A DNA stretch of 64,000 bases from Candidatus Gottesmanbacteria bacterium UBA6580 (GTDB taxonomy: Bacteria > Patescibacteriota > Microgenomatia > UBA10105 > UBA927): positions 9,950 to 73,949 of the forward strand of contig DJJA01000003.1 of NCBI GenBank assembly GCA_002433895.1. The letters run 5' to 3'. The first letter of the stretch is position 1; each line of letters begins with the position of its first letter. Made by a program: the position numbers and the translations under genes. Positions 8,411 through 18,282 of the stretch are shown one piece after another. The notes under the pieces are model-generated. The model ran no database searches. It was given only the letters and a program-made list of their open reading frames with translations, and was not told where the DNA came from.

Positions 8411-9418
8411 TTATTTTACAATGAAAGTGCCACCATACATCCCCATACTACAACTAAACGGTAACTCTCCGCTGGTATCCGGAGCGGTAAAGCTCACCGT
8501 GGTTGTCTGTCCCACCGGCACCACCTCCTGTATTCCAAGCTGCGGGATGGTGAATGCCTGGATACACCCCTCCCCCGCGGTATTCGTTAGGGTAAGCGTA
8601 ACATCTTGCCCTTTCGGAATAACCGGGTTATCTATCCTGTAGCCATTGAGCCAAAATGTAATAACTGGCGTCGTCGTCGGTTCACCCGTGCTTTGCCCAT
8701 CAGGGCAAAATGTGATGGTGCAATACGCAGAGCGCGCGAGTGATTTCAACGTCACTGTAGACCCGTACAACGTGAGCGCTGCGTTGAAATTAATGAGTGC
8801 AAGCACCATCACGAGCGTTGCGGCGACAACACCGAACTTATCCTTCAGTGTCGCTTTAATAACGTCGATCGAAACCCCAAGAAGGAAAAATAACGGTGCG
8901 GTTCCCAACACAAACACGAAAAGCACCGCCATCCCCCACCATGGACTTCCGGTGCCAGCTGCCAACGCCATCATTGCCTGCGTTGTCCCGCAAGGAATAA
9001 AAACAGAAAGTAATCCGATTACAAATGGCGCAAATACTCCCCCCGCCTTTGCCCTACCTCTGATAAACTTGGTGAGAAACCGCGGCGGCTGGATGACAAA
9101 ATAACGGAATAATGGATGCACGTCGAGAAAGGAAAGCGCTGTACCAATCATAAAAAACGAAGCTAAACCGATACCGATAGCCTGTGCCCTCGGTGATAAT
9201 CCAACTTGTGACCCTACCCACCCCAGAAAGAACCCCAACACTGCATGAGAAATAAGCTTAGCAAGTAAAAATGACGCCACTCCCCACGCCCGTGACCCCC
9301 GGGGATGCTCTTCTTCTTCAGAAGAAAGTGCAGTCACGAGTAAGCCTCCCTGTACGGCCATACAGGTCAGGCCGCCCGCGATTAAACCGGTCGTAAATAT
9401 GATCCAAAGGTTAGGCAT
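8411..9418 (-). CDS. Membrane protein: DsbD/CcdA-like transmembrane domain fused to a C-terminal cupredoxin-like domain
   Basis: 335 aa; multiple TM helices with Cys in TM segments (GGLTCMAV, IPCGTTQ). C-terminal domain ends SCSMGMYGGTFIV, resembling the cupredoxin_1-type C-terminus also seen in 9834..10187. Confidence 0.55.
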   Translation of the reverse strand: MPNLWIIFTTGLIAGGLTCMAVQGGLLVTALSSEEEEHPRGSRAWGVASFLLAKLISHAVLGFFLGWVGSQVGLSPRAQAIGIGLASFFMIGTALSFLDVHPLFRYFVIQPPRFLTKFIRGRAKAGGVFAPFVIGLLSVFIPCGTTQAMMALAAGTGSPWWGMAVLFVFVLGTAPLFFLLGVSIDVIKATLKDKFGVVAATLVMVLALINFNAALTLYGSTVTLKSLARSAYCTITFCPDGQSTGEPTTTPVITFWLNGYRIDNPVIPKGQDVTLTLTNTAGEGCIQAFTIPQLGIQEVVPVGQTTTVSFTAPDTSGELPFSCSMGMYGGTFIVK

Positions 9419-9445
9419 ATAAGTAAGGTAGTATAACCCGGCTAG

Positions 9446-9473
9446 TTGACATTCTGCAAAATGATGGTACGAT
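9446..9473 (+). promoter_or_regulatory. Sigma70-like promoter for csoR-cupredoxin-copA (-35 TTGACA, 16-nt spacer, -10 TACGAT)
   Basis: TTGACAttctgcaaaatgatggTACGAT directly upstream of the operator and csoR. Confidence 0.45.
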
Positions 9474-9476
9474 CAT

Positions 9477-9498
9477 TATATCCCTATGGGGGGGATAA
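9477..9498 (+). promoter_or_regulatory. CsoR-type operator (GC-tract pseudo-palindrome TATCCCTATGGGGGGGATA)
   Basis: Resembles the known B. subtilis CsoR copZA operator type (TACCCnnnnGGGGTA class). Lies between the promoter and the csoR start. Confidence 0.5.
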
Positions 9499-9556
9499 AC
9501 GTCAATACAGCAGTTTGGTTCACCCTAATTTGAACCATAAAATATAAGGAGTATAT

Positions 9557-9841
9557 ATGCCAAAAGGAATACCGCGAAATCAGACCGTACAACAAAAAAT
9601 CCTGCACCGCATGAAGATCGCGCGCGGACACCTCAACCGCGTCATCCGCATGATGGAACATGGCGATTATTGCGTCAACATAATCCATCAATCCCTTGCG
9701 GTACAGGCGGCTTTACGGAGCACCGACCAGGAGATTCTCAGGAACCATCTGGTTACCTGTGTCGCGGAAGAGATAAAAAAAGGTAATGCTGATGAGGTCA
9801 TCGAGGAAGTTATGAAAGTCATGGAGAAACAACATGGATAA
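9557..9841 (+). CDS. csoR: CsoR/RcnR-family copper-sensing transcriptional repressor
   Basis: 94 aa; DUF156-like with RGHLNRV, the metal ligands C..H..C (HGDYCVNIIHQ) and the LVTCV cysteine. Confidence 0.8.
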   Translation: MPKGIPRNQTVQQKILHRMKIARGHLNRVIRMMEHGDYCVNIIHQSLAVQAALRSTDQEILRNHLVTCVAEEIKKGNADEVIEEVMKVMEKQHG

Positions 9842-10187
9842 ACTAATAGTCACGCTCCTTGGCGCTGCTTCAATCGGCTTTATCTATTGGTTTTTCTTTG
9901 GGAAAAAAGAAGAGGCTGCGCAACCTAAAAATGTGTGGAGCATTCTCGTGGAAGGCGGATACAAACCATCCACGGTCACCATCTCCCACGGGGCACCGGC
10001 AACAATTACCTTCACCCGCAAGGATCCAAACAGCTGCCTGGAAGAAATTGTGCTTCCGGATTTTAAAATTAAAAAATTCCTTCCGTTGCATAAAGCAATA
10101 ACAGTGACTATATCCCCCGTCAAAAAGGGAACCTATGACATCCACTGCGGCATGAATATGTATCACGGAAAAATTATCGTTGTATGA
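9834..10187 (+). CDS. Cupredoxin-like domain protein with N-terminal TM anchor
   Basis: 117 aa; ends [19 protein letters not shown] (cupredoxin_1-type C-terminus). Overlaps csoR and copA starts. Confidence 0.6.
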   Translation: MDKLIVTLLGAASIGFIYWFFFGKKEEAAQPKNVWSILVEGGYKPSTVTISHGAPATITFTRKDPNSCLEEIVLPDFKIKKFLPLHKAITVTISPVKKGTYDIHCGMNMYHGKIIVV

Positions 10188-12442
10188 CAAAAACATCATT
10201 CCCCATTATCGGTATGCATTGTGCAAGCTGCGCCCGGCTTATCGAACGGCAGCTCAAAAAAACACCGGGAGTATCTGATGCTGCCGTAAACTACGGTTCA
10301 GAACAGGCAAGCGTTGAATGTGATCCATCGGTCGCAACGCCGGAAGCACTGGCGGGTGCGGTCGCCGCCGCGGGTTACAAAGCGGTTGTGGGTGACGCGC
10401 CCCGCAAAACCGCATCGGGGTCTGTTATGACGCCGGACGATATAAAGGAAGAAGCAAAACGCAACGAACTCGCCGAGCTCAAAACGAAGGTTATCGTGTC
10501 GGGTGTATTAAGTGTTGTAATAATGCTCGGAAGTTTTCCTGAGTGGTTTACCGGAATATTCTCGGGCATAAGCTCCATTTACGCATTGTTGGCTGCTCCC
10601 GCTACACTCCTCCTCCTCACCATTCCCGTACAATTCTGGGCGGGCAAATCGTTTTATCAGGCAACGTGGTCGGGACTCAAAAACAGAACGGCAAGCATGG
10701 ATACGCTTATTGCGATAGGAACCACTGCCGCATTTGGCTACTCACTTACCACTCTTTTTCCTGAGCCTCTGGAAGCGCTTGGCGTTCCCATGACCATGTA
10801 CTATGACACCGCTGCCGTTATTATCACGCTCATTCTGCTCGGGCGTTATCTGGAGGCAAAGGCAAAGGCGCACACATCAGACGCCATCAAAAAACTCCTG
10901 CATCTTCAGGCAAAGACAGCCAGAGTTGTTCGCGGCGGCAAAGAAATTGATATCCCTATAGATCAGGTAAAAAAAGGAGATACTATAAGAGTGCGTCCGG
11001 GTGAAAAAATTCCGGTTGACGGCACCATTTCCGAAGGGTCAAGTTCTGTTGATGAGTCCATGGTCACCGGCGAATCCATTCCGGTTGATAAAAAACGTGG
11101 AGACACCGTAATCGGAGCGACGATTAACCGGACCGGCACATTCCTCTTTACTGCCACCAAAGTCGGCAATGAGACCCTACTGTCTCAAATTGTGACCATG
11201 GTATCGGAAGCACAAAGTTCACGGGCACCCATCCAACGGCTTGCTGATGTTGTTTCGGGTTATTTTGTTCCGGTGGTACTCATGCTTGCTGTTGCGACGT
11301 TTGTTGTCTGGTATGACGTGGGTCTCCCCACCCAGGCATTTGTCAACCTTATCGCGGTACTTATTATCGCCTGTCCGTGCGCCTTGGGACTCGCCACCCC
11401 AACCGCTATCATGGTCGGCACCGGCAGAGGGGCGGAGCGCGGTGTGCTTATAAAGGATGCCGAGGCACTCGAGACTGCCCACAAAATCAAAGTTGCGGTA
11501 TTTGATAAAACCGGCACGCTCACCCGCGGTAAACCAACGGTCACGGATATTATTCCGGTCGCAAAAATGAATGCTCATAAAGTATTGTCGCTTGCCGCTT
11601 CACTCGAAATGGGATCTGAGCATTCACTGGCAGAAGCAATCGTTTCTGCGGCTACGGAAAAAAACCTCCCATTAACCAAAGTAGGCTCTTTCCGGGCAAT
11701 AGCAGGACACGGCGTGACCGGGAGCTTGGCCGGTAAACTGCTCGCTTTGGGAAACCGGCTACTCATGGCGAAGCAATCAGTTGTCTATAGCGTTCACGAA
11801 AAGAAAATCGCAGCACTGGAAACACAAGGAAAAACGGTCATGCTTCTTGCGTCAGGAAAACAACTTCTTGGTCTTATTGCCATTGCCGATACGCTGAAAA
11901 ACGATGCAAAAGACATGGTGGCTGCACTCAAAAAAATGCATATAACGGTCTGGATGATCACTGGTGACAACCCGCGGACTGCACACGCTATCGCGAATCA
12001 AGCAGGCATCAATCATGTGCTCGCGGGCGTCCTTCCACAGGAAAAAGCCAATAAAATCAGGGAACTCAAAGCCAACAACGCCGTCGTTGCGTTTGCCGGA
12101 GATGGCATTAACGACGCACCCGCACTCGCCGGGGCAGATGTGGGTATCGCCATGGGAACAGGCACTGATGTCGCCATAGAATCTGCCGGCATTACGCTGC
12201 TTAACAAGGACTTACGAAGCGTCGTCACCGCCATCAAACTTTCTAAGGCAACACTATCAATTATCAAACAAAACTTGTTCTGGGCATTCGCCTACAATGT
12301 GATACTCATCCCCGTCGCGGCAGGAGTCCTCTACCCCATCACCGGCTGGCTACTTAATCCTGCGCTTGCGGCATTTGCCATGGCAGCAAGCAGTATTTCC
12401 GTTGTCGGAAATTCGTTAAGACTAAAAAGAGTAAATATATAA
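10184..12442 (+). CDS. copA: Copper-translocating P1B-type ATPase
   Basis: 752 aa; N-terminal [16 protein letters not shown] motif, phosphorylation site DKTGTLT, hinge GDGINDAP. Confidence 0.9.
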   Translation: MTKTSFPIIGMHCASCARLIERQLKKTPGVSDAAVNYGSEQASVECDPSVATPEALAGAVAAAGYKAVVGDAPRKTASGSVMTPDDIKEEAKRNELAELKTKVIVSGVLSVVIMLGSFPEWFTGIFSGISSIYALLAAPATLLLLTIPVQFWAGKSFYQATWSGLKNRTASMDTLIAIGTTAAFGYSLTTLFPEPLEALGVPMTMYYDTAAVIITLILLGRYLEAKAKAHTSDAIKKLLHLQAKTARVVRGGKEIDIPIDQVKKGDTIRVRPGEKIPVDGTISEGSSSVDESMVTGESIPVDKKRGDTVIGATINRTGTFLFTATKVGNETLLSQIVTMVSEAQSSRAPIQRLADVVSGYFVPVVLMLAVATFVVWYDVGLPTQAFVNLIAVLIIACPCALGLATPTAIMVGTGRGAERGVLIKDAEALETAHKIKVAVFDKTGTLTRGKPTVTDIIPVAKMNAHKVLSLAASLEMGSEHSLAEAIVSAATEKNLPLTKVGSFRAIAGHGVTGSLAGKLLALGNRLLMAKQSVVYSVHEKKIAALETQGKTVMLLASGKQLLGLIAIADTLKNDAKDMVAALKKMHITVWMITGDNPRTAHAIANQAGINHVLAGVLPQEKANKIRELKANNAVVAFAGDGINDAPALAGADVGIAMGTGTDVAIESAGITLLNKDLRSVVTAIKLSKATLSIIKQNLFWAFAYNVILIPVAAGVLYPITGWLLNPALAAFAMAASSISVVGNSLRLKRVNI

Positions 12443-12453
12443 TTTAACGGGAT

Positions 12454-13122
12454 TTATACCTTACTGATTTCCTTCTGAAGTTGTGAGATATTTCGGACAA
12501 TAAGGAGTCGTCCTTTTGTTGCCAACAGTCCTTTTTTCACTAACGTCTCGACTTGCAGGCTGGCTGTTTCTCTTGTGGTTCCTATCCATGACGCGATCTC
12601 GCGGTGTGTCAATGGAACCTTTAGGGCAATCCCCTCCTTGGTCTGCTCACCGAAGTTGTCTGCATAGTACAGAATAAGCAAAATTGTTTTGGTATATGCA
12701 TCATCAAGCACCAACTGCGCTACCCGGCTAACAAAGCCCGCAAGACCAAGCGCCAAGCGCTGTGTCGCGTAAAAAAGCACTTCGGGATATTCCTTGATAA
12801 ATGTTAAAAACGCATCTTTCGGCGCGCGGGTAAGGACAGCCGGGGTCATCGCTTCAAAATGATACACATTAGGTGTATCGTTTAAAATCCACGTGAGTGG
12901 AAAAAATGATCCAGGCTTGTAAATATGCACTATAAACGTTTCCCCTGAAGGCGAAAGCAGATATTGTCGAACATAGCCGCTCTGCAGATAATAAACGCCA
13001 AACGGCGCGTCTTCTGCCCGCAATATAAGCTCGCCTTTCTTATATGACATCGGCGAATAACCGACGAAAAACGAATCTATTTTTTTAAGGACCTGCGGGT
13101 TAGTTTTGGCCATATCGTACAT
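12454..13122 (-). CDS. Crp/Fnr-family transcriptional regulator
   Basis: 222 aa; N-terminal cNMP-binding-like beta-barrel region and C-terminal HTH (THREIASWIGTTRETASLQVETLVKKGLL). Confidence 0.7.
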   Translation of the reverse strand: MYDMAKTNPQVLKKIDSFFVGYSPMSYKKGELILRAEDAPFGVYYLQSGYVRQYLLSPSGETFIVHIYKPGSFFPLTWILNDTPNVYHFEAMTPAVLTRAPKDAFLTFIKEYPEVLFYATQRLALGLAGFVSRVAQLVLDDAYTKTILLILYYADNFGEQTKEGIALKVPLTHREIASWIGTTRETASLQVETLVKKGLLATKGRLLIVRNISQLQKEISKV

Positions 13123-13200
13123 TTAGTATACACCCATGGGTCACAATTGGTATGTAATATACCTCACATGATATTTGTAGAAAATCTGTATACTAAATAC

Positions 13201-13647
13201 ATGGGAAATTTATCTGCAAACACAACATCCCGCAATCTCAACCGGGTTATCTTTTTTTTGTCATTGCTGGGCATAGTCATGGCAATTTATGTCACGCAAA
13301 GCTTTATCCGTCAGACCGGCATTGTCTGCGTCTCGAGCGGATGTGAACTGGTGCGGAAACACCCGGCAAGCTACTTGTTCGGCACTATCCCCGTTCCGGC
13401 AGTGGGACTCGTCGGTTATTCCCTCCTCGCCTTATTCTCATTTTTACGGACGACAAAACATAAGCCGTGGACACTGCGGGGCATGCTCGGCATATCCACA
13501 TTTGGTGTACTCTTTGTTTCGTGGTTTACCTACATTGAACTAACCGTCATAAAGGGAGTATGCACCTGGTGTGCGATCTCTGCGGTAAACATGTTCGTCA
13601 TTTTTACCTTGCTTCTTAAAAGTTACTCATTAGAAAAAAAGAAATAA
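13201..13647 (+). CDS. Vitamin K epoxide reductase (VKOR)-family membrane oxidoreductase
   Basis: ORF 13147..13647, with a probable start at MGNLS. Four TM segments with a Cys pair in the loop region (C..SSGC) and a CTWC (CxxC) in the last TM, as in VKOR/DsbB-analog proteins. Confidence 0.6.
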   Translation: MGNLSANTTSRNLNRVIFFLSLLGIVMAIYVTQSFIRQTGIVCVSSGCELVRKHPASYLFGTIPVPAVGLVGYSLLALFSFLRTTKHKPWTLRGMLGISTFGVLFVSWFTYIELTVIKGVCTWCAISAVNMFVIFTLLLKSYSLEKKK

Positions 13648-13660
13648 AAGGAGGCAATCT

Positions 13661-14416
13661 ATGTTTGATCTTTCAGGAAAAGTCGCACTCGTTACGGGAG
13701 CTTCAAGCGGCATGGGAAGAGCCACAGCAATTGCACTGGCAAATCAGGGAGCAAAAGTAGTGGCGGCAGCGCGGAGAATGGATAAATTAGAAGCATTAGT
13801 CGCGGAAATCAAATCACGGGGCAAGGAAGCACTAGCGGTGCAAATGGATGTCACTAAACGGAACGAGGTTGATGCCGCAGTACATGCCGCGGTCACAACC
13901 TTTGGCAAGCTCGATATACTCGTTAATAATGCCGGTGTACTGGATTACTCCCCTTTCTTAGACATGAAAGAGGAGGCGTGGGACAAAGTCATTGACACCA
14001 ATCTCAAGGGATATTTTTACGCTGCCCAAGCAGCTGCACGTGAGATGGCCAAAACGAAATGGGGGCGGATTATCAACATCGCCTCAATAGCCTCAGGTGG
14101 CGTCGGTGTCGGGTTTCCGATGATATCGCACTATTGTGCGAGCAAAGGTGGCGTCATCGGCCTCACAGAGGCTCTGGCAGGCGAATTGGGACCAAGCAAC
14201 ATAACTGTCAACGCTATTGGACCAGGTGGGGTGACCACTGAAATGACGCAAGGCATGACGGACGAAGCCGTAAAAGGCATGACGGCCCGGCTTCCGATCA
14301 AACGGTTCGGCACGGGAGAAGAAATTGCCGCAGCTGTCGTGTATTTTGCTTCAGAAGAAGCGGCGTATACAACCGGCGCTACGTTGTATGTAGACGGAGG
14401 GTGGTTGGTAACTTAA
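13661..14416 (+). CDS. SDR-family oxidoreductase (FabG-like)
   Basis: 251 aa; TGASSGMG Rossmann motif, NNAG, catalytic YxxxK (YCASK). Confidence 0.8.
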   Translation: MFDLSGKVALVTGASSGMGRATAIALANQGAKVVAAARRMDKLEALVAEIKSRGKEALAVQMDVTKRNEVDAAVHAAVTTFGKLDILVNNAGVLDYSPFLDMKEEAWDKVIDTNLKGYFYAAQAAAREMAKTKWGRIINIASIASGGVGVGFPMISHYCASKGGVIGLTEALAGELGPSNITVNAIGPGGVTTEMTQGMTDEAVKGMTARLPIKRFGTGEEIAAAVVYFASEEAAYTTGATLYVDGGWLVT

Positions 14417-15123
14417 AGATAAAGGGCAACCGTCATATTCCAGAAGACATGGACAAGTATCGGGGCAACGAGTGAACCAGTGTTGTAGAAAAGCAACGCG
14501 TTGGCAAATCCCAAAATAAAATCGGTAACAAAGAAAAGCAGCAGCGCCATTCCCTGCAATTTGAGCGAAAAAGCGAGTATGGGAATATGGAGCACCACAA
14601 ACATCAGTGTGGATACCAAAGCGGCGTAAAACAATCCCCGCTTCCCTTCAATAAGCCTGCTGAAAACGAACCCGCGGCTTAATAATTCTTCGGAAAATGC
14701 GGTTGCTGCCGACAGGAGAATAAGCATGCCAAGGCCGTATTCTTCAAAGGCAGCGATGGGCACAATCTCAATCCTCCCGTATTTAATCGCGTTCGCCGCC
14801 AACCCTTCCAACGCAAACACAAAACCGAATCCGAGTCCGATATAAATACTGGTGAATAAATTCTTTGTGGTAAGTCCAAGTGACGCAAACGGTTTTTTCT
14901 CCCTGTTTTTGACATACCACAACACGGGAAGCACGAATATCATCGGCTTGAAGATAAACTCATCCACCCACTCGGGAAGCCGGAAAAAATACCGGTACAA
15001 TGCCCACGCGATCACAATCCATCCCCACACGCGGTAGGCACGCTCCACAACATCGACAGGCGGCTGTTCCTTAATTTTTTTCACTCTATATGTACGATAC
15101 TCCGCTTTCGGCATCCGTTGCAA
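14413..15123 (-). CDS. CPBP (CAAX/Abi) family intramembrane metalloprotease
   Basis: 236 aa; multi-TM with EELLSRGF (EExxxR) and FxxxH/HxxxN-like motifs. Confidence 0.7.
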   Translation of the reverse strand: MQRMPKAEYRTYRVKKIKEQPPVDVVERAYRVWGWIVIAWALYRYFFRLPEWVDEFIFKPMIFVLPVLWYVKNREKKPFASLGLTTKNLFTSIYIGLGFGFVFALEGLAANAIKYGRIEIVPIAAFEEYGLGMLILLSAATAFSEELLSRGFVFSRLIEGKRGLFYAALVSTLMFVVLHIPILAFSLKLQGMALLLFFVTDFILGFANALLFYNTGSLVAPILVHVFWNMTVALYL

Positions 15124-15137
15124 GCATGACTTTTGAG

Positions 15138-15635
15138 TTATTTTTTCCGCGGACGCGTAATATCTACTGCCTCATTCATCGTATCGACGATCATGTGGAT
15201 GATATTGGTCGCTTCTTCCAAGCTCAGCCTCCGCACATTGTGGGGAAAATAATGAAATACCAGGTTGCGCCCCTGCTTCCACGTATTCCACAACACCTCC
15301 GATAAATGCGGACCGTACCGCTTTGTCACCGCACCATAGGCACTTTTTGTACCCAGCCTGCGGATAAGATTGGGGCTCAAGACTTTTCCTAGGCGGAAAT
15401 GGGCGCTTTCATATTCACGCTCACTTATTATTTCAAGATCGCGGAACAGCTGTTTTAGAAAGCCCTCATACAGCTTTGCAAACGGAAACACCAGATACGA
15501 ATAATCACTTAACTCTTCGTTGGGATGATTCTTTCTGTCCGCAAGCAACAATTGCCCATCCAACGCCAGTTGCCGCTGGGTAATACTCAGATACTGCCAC
15601 AGTAATGAACTGGGTTGCATCATATCAACGAACAA
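15138..15635 (-). CDS. Hypothetical protein
   Basis: 165 aa ORF; no recognisable motif; overlaps downstream gene start by 11 nt. Confidence 0.35.
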   Translation of the reverse strand: MFVDMMQPSSLLWQYLSITQRQLALDGQLLLADRKNHPNEELSDYSYLVFPFAKLYEGFLKQLFRDLEIISEREYESAHFRLGKVLSPNLIRRLGTKSAYGAVTKRYGPHLSEVLWNTWKQGRNLVFHYFPHNVRRLSLEEATNIIHMIVDTMNEAVDITRPRKK

Positions 15636-16086
15636 ATATTATTGTTTCCGCCAAAAAAATTATGAACGAAATAATGAGGATTGACCGTTGCGCCGGAGCG
15701 CTTACAGGTCCAGCCACCATACGATACCAACTATCCAGATTATGGTGTATCCGCCATTCTCCTACTTGCCACAACAACATCTGCAAATAGAGTGACAACA
15801 CTAAACCAATCCCGATCATACTTGTGGAACTCGTCACCACAAAAAACGCCACAATCGCAAATAATGCGCCGAAGACAATGGAACGGAACGGTGAAGGTTG
15901 CAACCCAAAAAATATTTCAGCAGCGTCAAGGAAATAAATGCCGATTGCCCCACCCATAAAAAACCACAATGCATCAAGAGAGGGGTTCGTAAGCCATTTT
16001 AACAACACCAACACCAATAAGTACACACCGGTAATATACACAAAAATTCGGGGCTTACTGCGTATCAATTCCTTCACTTTATCCAT
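15625..16086 (-). CDS. Hypothetical membrane protein (start probably MDKVKE)
   Basis: ORF 15625..16167; four predicted TM helices; a (TG)6 repeat lies at the 5' end of the longest frame. Confidence 0.4.
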   Translation of the reverse strand: MDKVKELIRSKPRIFVYITGVYLLVLVLLKWLTNPSLDALWFFMGGAIGIYFLDAAEIFFGLQPSPFRSIVFGALFAIVAFFVVTSSTSMIGIGLVLSLYLQMLLWQVGEWRIHHNLDSWYRMVAGPVSAPAQRSILIISFIIFLAETIIFVR

Positions 16087-16184
16087 GTGTATGTATTGTA
16101 ACGCAAAATTACCAACAGTGAAGCTTTGGATTGATATGTAACAGTCGTGTGTGTGTGTGACGTACAATCATCCTGTGCGCACGC

Positions 16185-16448
16185 TTACTCCTGATGTGTC
16201 GTACGGAGCTCCTTCATTTTCCACATAAAGAGCTTTGCTTTACTGTTTGCTTTGGCATCTTTCACAAAAGAAAGTGCCTTTTCCAGAATTGCCCGGGGCA
16301 CCGTTTTTGCCAACCGTATATAGAGTGCCTTGTGCTTATAGTCCCCCAGTGTTTCCGACAAATATATCCCGTACGCCTGAAACTCGCGGGAAATATACTT
16401 ATCCTCCACAGGGTTAAATTTCGCCAATATCGAACCGACTTTTTGCAT
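16185..16448 (-). CDS. Hypothetical small protein
   Basis: 87 aa ORF immediately upstream of pth. Confidence 0.3.
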   Translation of the reverse strand: MQKVGSILAKFNPVEDKYISREFQAYGIYLSETLGDYKHKALYIRLAKTVPRAILEKALSFVKDAKANSKAKLFMWKMKELRTTHQE

Positions 16449-16535
16449 ATTTATGTTGTCATACCATACGTAATCTGGTATCCGTCAGGATAATCTCGCG
16501 ATCCTGAATCAGGCGCAGGATAACACCAAAGCGTG

Positions 16536-17126
16536 TCAATTAAACCGGTTCATTGCTTGATCCACCCCTTTAAATAATGCTATCCGCACTGCCTCCACAC
16601 CCCGTTTTACAAGATGCTTAAACTCCCCTGCTTCGCTCTGTCCAAACCGTGACAACACAAATCGGATTACTGACGATTGGTGCAGCTGCCGGTCAGCAAC
16701 AACGGTGCTACCGCTTTTCCCTTTGCCGATACCCAAGCGGATCCTTGTAAACTTATCACTCCCTAATTCCCGGATAACCGAATCTATCCCATGATGCCCC
16801 GCAGAGGCCCCACCGGTTCTAATACGGATTTTCCCAAGCGGCAAATCAAGATCGTCATGTATTACCCAGACGTCTTCAGCAGATACTTTATAAAACGCCG
16901 CAAGACTTTTCACAGCAACTCCGCTCGCGTTCATAAACGTCTCGGGTTTTACCAACACTACTTCACCGGTCTTTGCGATACGCGCTTTGTGTTTTGTACT
17001 CACTTCCCATTGAATATCCGCTCCCCCTAACTCATGCGCTAGTTTATCAACGACCATAAATCCGACATTGTGCCGGGTGTCTTTATATTTGTCCCCTGGA
17101 TTACCCAATCCGACAATAAGTTTCAT
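16536..17126 (-). CDS. pth: Peptidyl-tRNA hydrolase
   Basis: 196 aa; MKLIVGLGNPG...RHNVGF N-terminus diagnostic of Pth. Confidence 0.9.
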   Translation of the reverse strand: MKLIVGLGNPGDKYKDTRHNVGFMVVDKLAHELGGADIQWEVSTKHKARIAKTGEVVLVKPETFMNASGVAVKSLAAFYKVSAEDVWVIHDDLDLPLGKIRIRTGGASAGHHGIDSVIRELGSDKFTRIRLGIGKGKSGSTVVADRQLHQSSVIRFVLSRFGQSEAGEFKHLVKRGVEAVRIALFKGVDQAMNRFN

Positions 17127-17132
17127 ACGCTA

Positions 17133-17786
17133 TTACCCCCTTCCTAAGGATACCACTTCTTGGTCAGTAACTTGCGGAAACGATGCGTAATAATCACCAA
17201 CCGCCACAAACGTGTCCGCGACATGACATGCCACCAATTCATCAACTTCCGGCCGTATTTTACGGAGCGCTTCCCCGGAAATAACAGGAAGCGCCACCAC
17301 AATATGCTTCGGCTTTTTCTTTTTCGCCCACAGCACCGCAGCTTCCATTGTGGCACCGGTTGCCGCACCGTCATCAATAAGCAACACGGTTTTCCCCTCG
17401 GCGCTTATCGGTTTCCTGCCATTTCTATATGTTGCCATAAGCATACGTATTTCCCGTGACAATCGTAACAATTCGCGCTGCACATACATTTCATCTGCCC
17501 CCGACCGCTGCGCGTCTTTCCAATGAATAATCTCTGTATTGTCCGGGGCGACCGCACCTATAGCATACTCGCGGTCATGCGGACTCGATAATTTCTTAAT
17601 AACCAGCACATCAATAGGTATTTGAAGAAGGTCTGCAGTACTTTTTGCAGTCACAAGACCCCCACGGGCAAGTCCCAAAATAAGCACATGACCATTACGG
17701 TATGCCGTCAGTTTTTCGGCCAGAAGTGTACCTGCATGCTGTCGGTCTTTGAATAACACGTGATTAGCACCCTTTTGAAAAATCAT
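17133..17786 (-). CDS. Phosphoribosyltransferase-domain protein (type I PRTase fold)
   Basis: ORF 17133..17870; PRPP-binding loop VLLIDDGAATGATM; start chosen at MIFQKG (alternatively MIGTLEG, 17807). Confidence 0.6.
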   Translation of the reverse strand: MIFQKGANHVLFKDRQHAGTLLAEKLTAYRNGHVLILGLARGGLVTAKSTADLLQIPIDVLVIKKLSSPHDREYAIGAVAPDNTEIIHWKDAQRSGADEMYVQRELLRLSREIRMLMATYRNGRKPISAEGKTVLLIDDGAATGATMEAAVLWAKKKKPKHIVVALPVISGEALRKIRPEVDELVACHVADTFVAVGDYYASFPQVTDQEVVSLGRG

Positions 17787-17826
17787 ACCCTCCAAGGTGC
17801 CAATCATGTGTTGATCAACACAGAAC

Positions 17827-18156
17827 TTACTTACCCATCTTGGAAAGCTGCTTTTCAGCAACATCTCCAACGTACGGAACTTTGTACATTTCTCCCTGGA
17901 ACGCTTTCCACATACACACGATCCACAAGATAAATGATGTAAAGCTCAATAGTAACCCAAGGAGCCATCCGATTATCGGTAAAAATCCGAGCGCTATGTT
18001 TGCAACAAACACTCCACCGAACAATATCGTGGATTGCATCGCATGGAAACGCACGAACTTACTTTGCTTTTCCAAAAGCAACATGATAATACCGGTGACA
18101 AACCCCAGGAGATAGCTTACTGCTCCCATCAGGTTTTCATTTCCTTTATCTGCCAT
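17827..18156 (-). CDS. DUF4870-like small membrane protein
   Basis: 109 aa; YLLGFVTGIIMLL...KFVRFHAMQS...GWLL pattern typical of this family. Confidence 0.55.
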   Translation of the reverse strand: MADKGNENLMGAVSYLLGFVTGIIMLLLEKQSKFVRFHAMQSTILFGGVFVANIALGFLPIIGWLLGLLLSFTSFILWIVCMWKAFQGEMYKVPYVGDVAEKQLSKMGK

Positions 18157-18282
18157 TTCGTATCACCTCCAATCCTGCCCGCCATCCCTGCGCTCAGGCG
18201 CTGGCAGGCGGGTCTTACCCAACATACCATGTTTTTTTTCGATGCGTCAATCACCCGAACCGTAAATAACCCGCGCGTTTTG

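Noticed and set aside
16148-16160. (TG)6 dinucleotide repeat as a possible phase-variation switch
   Set aside because: It is too short for efficient slipped-strand variation and lies upstream of the more likely start codon (MDKVKE) of the membrane protein gene. Noted only as a minor simple repeat.
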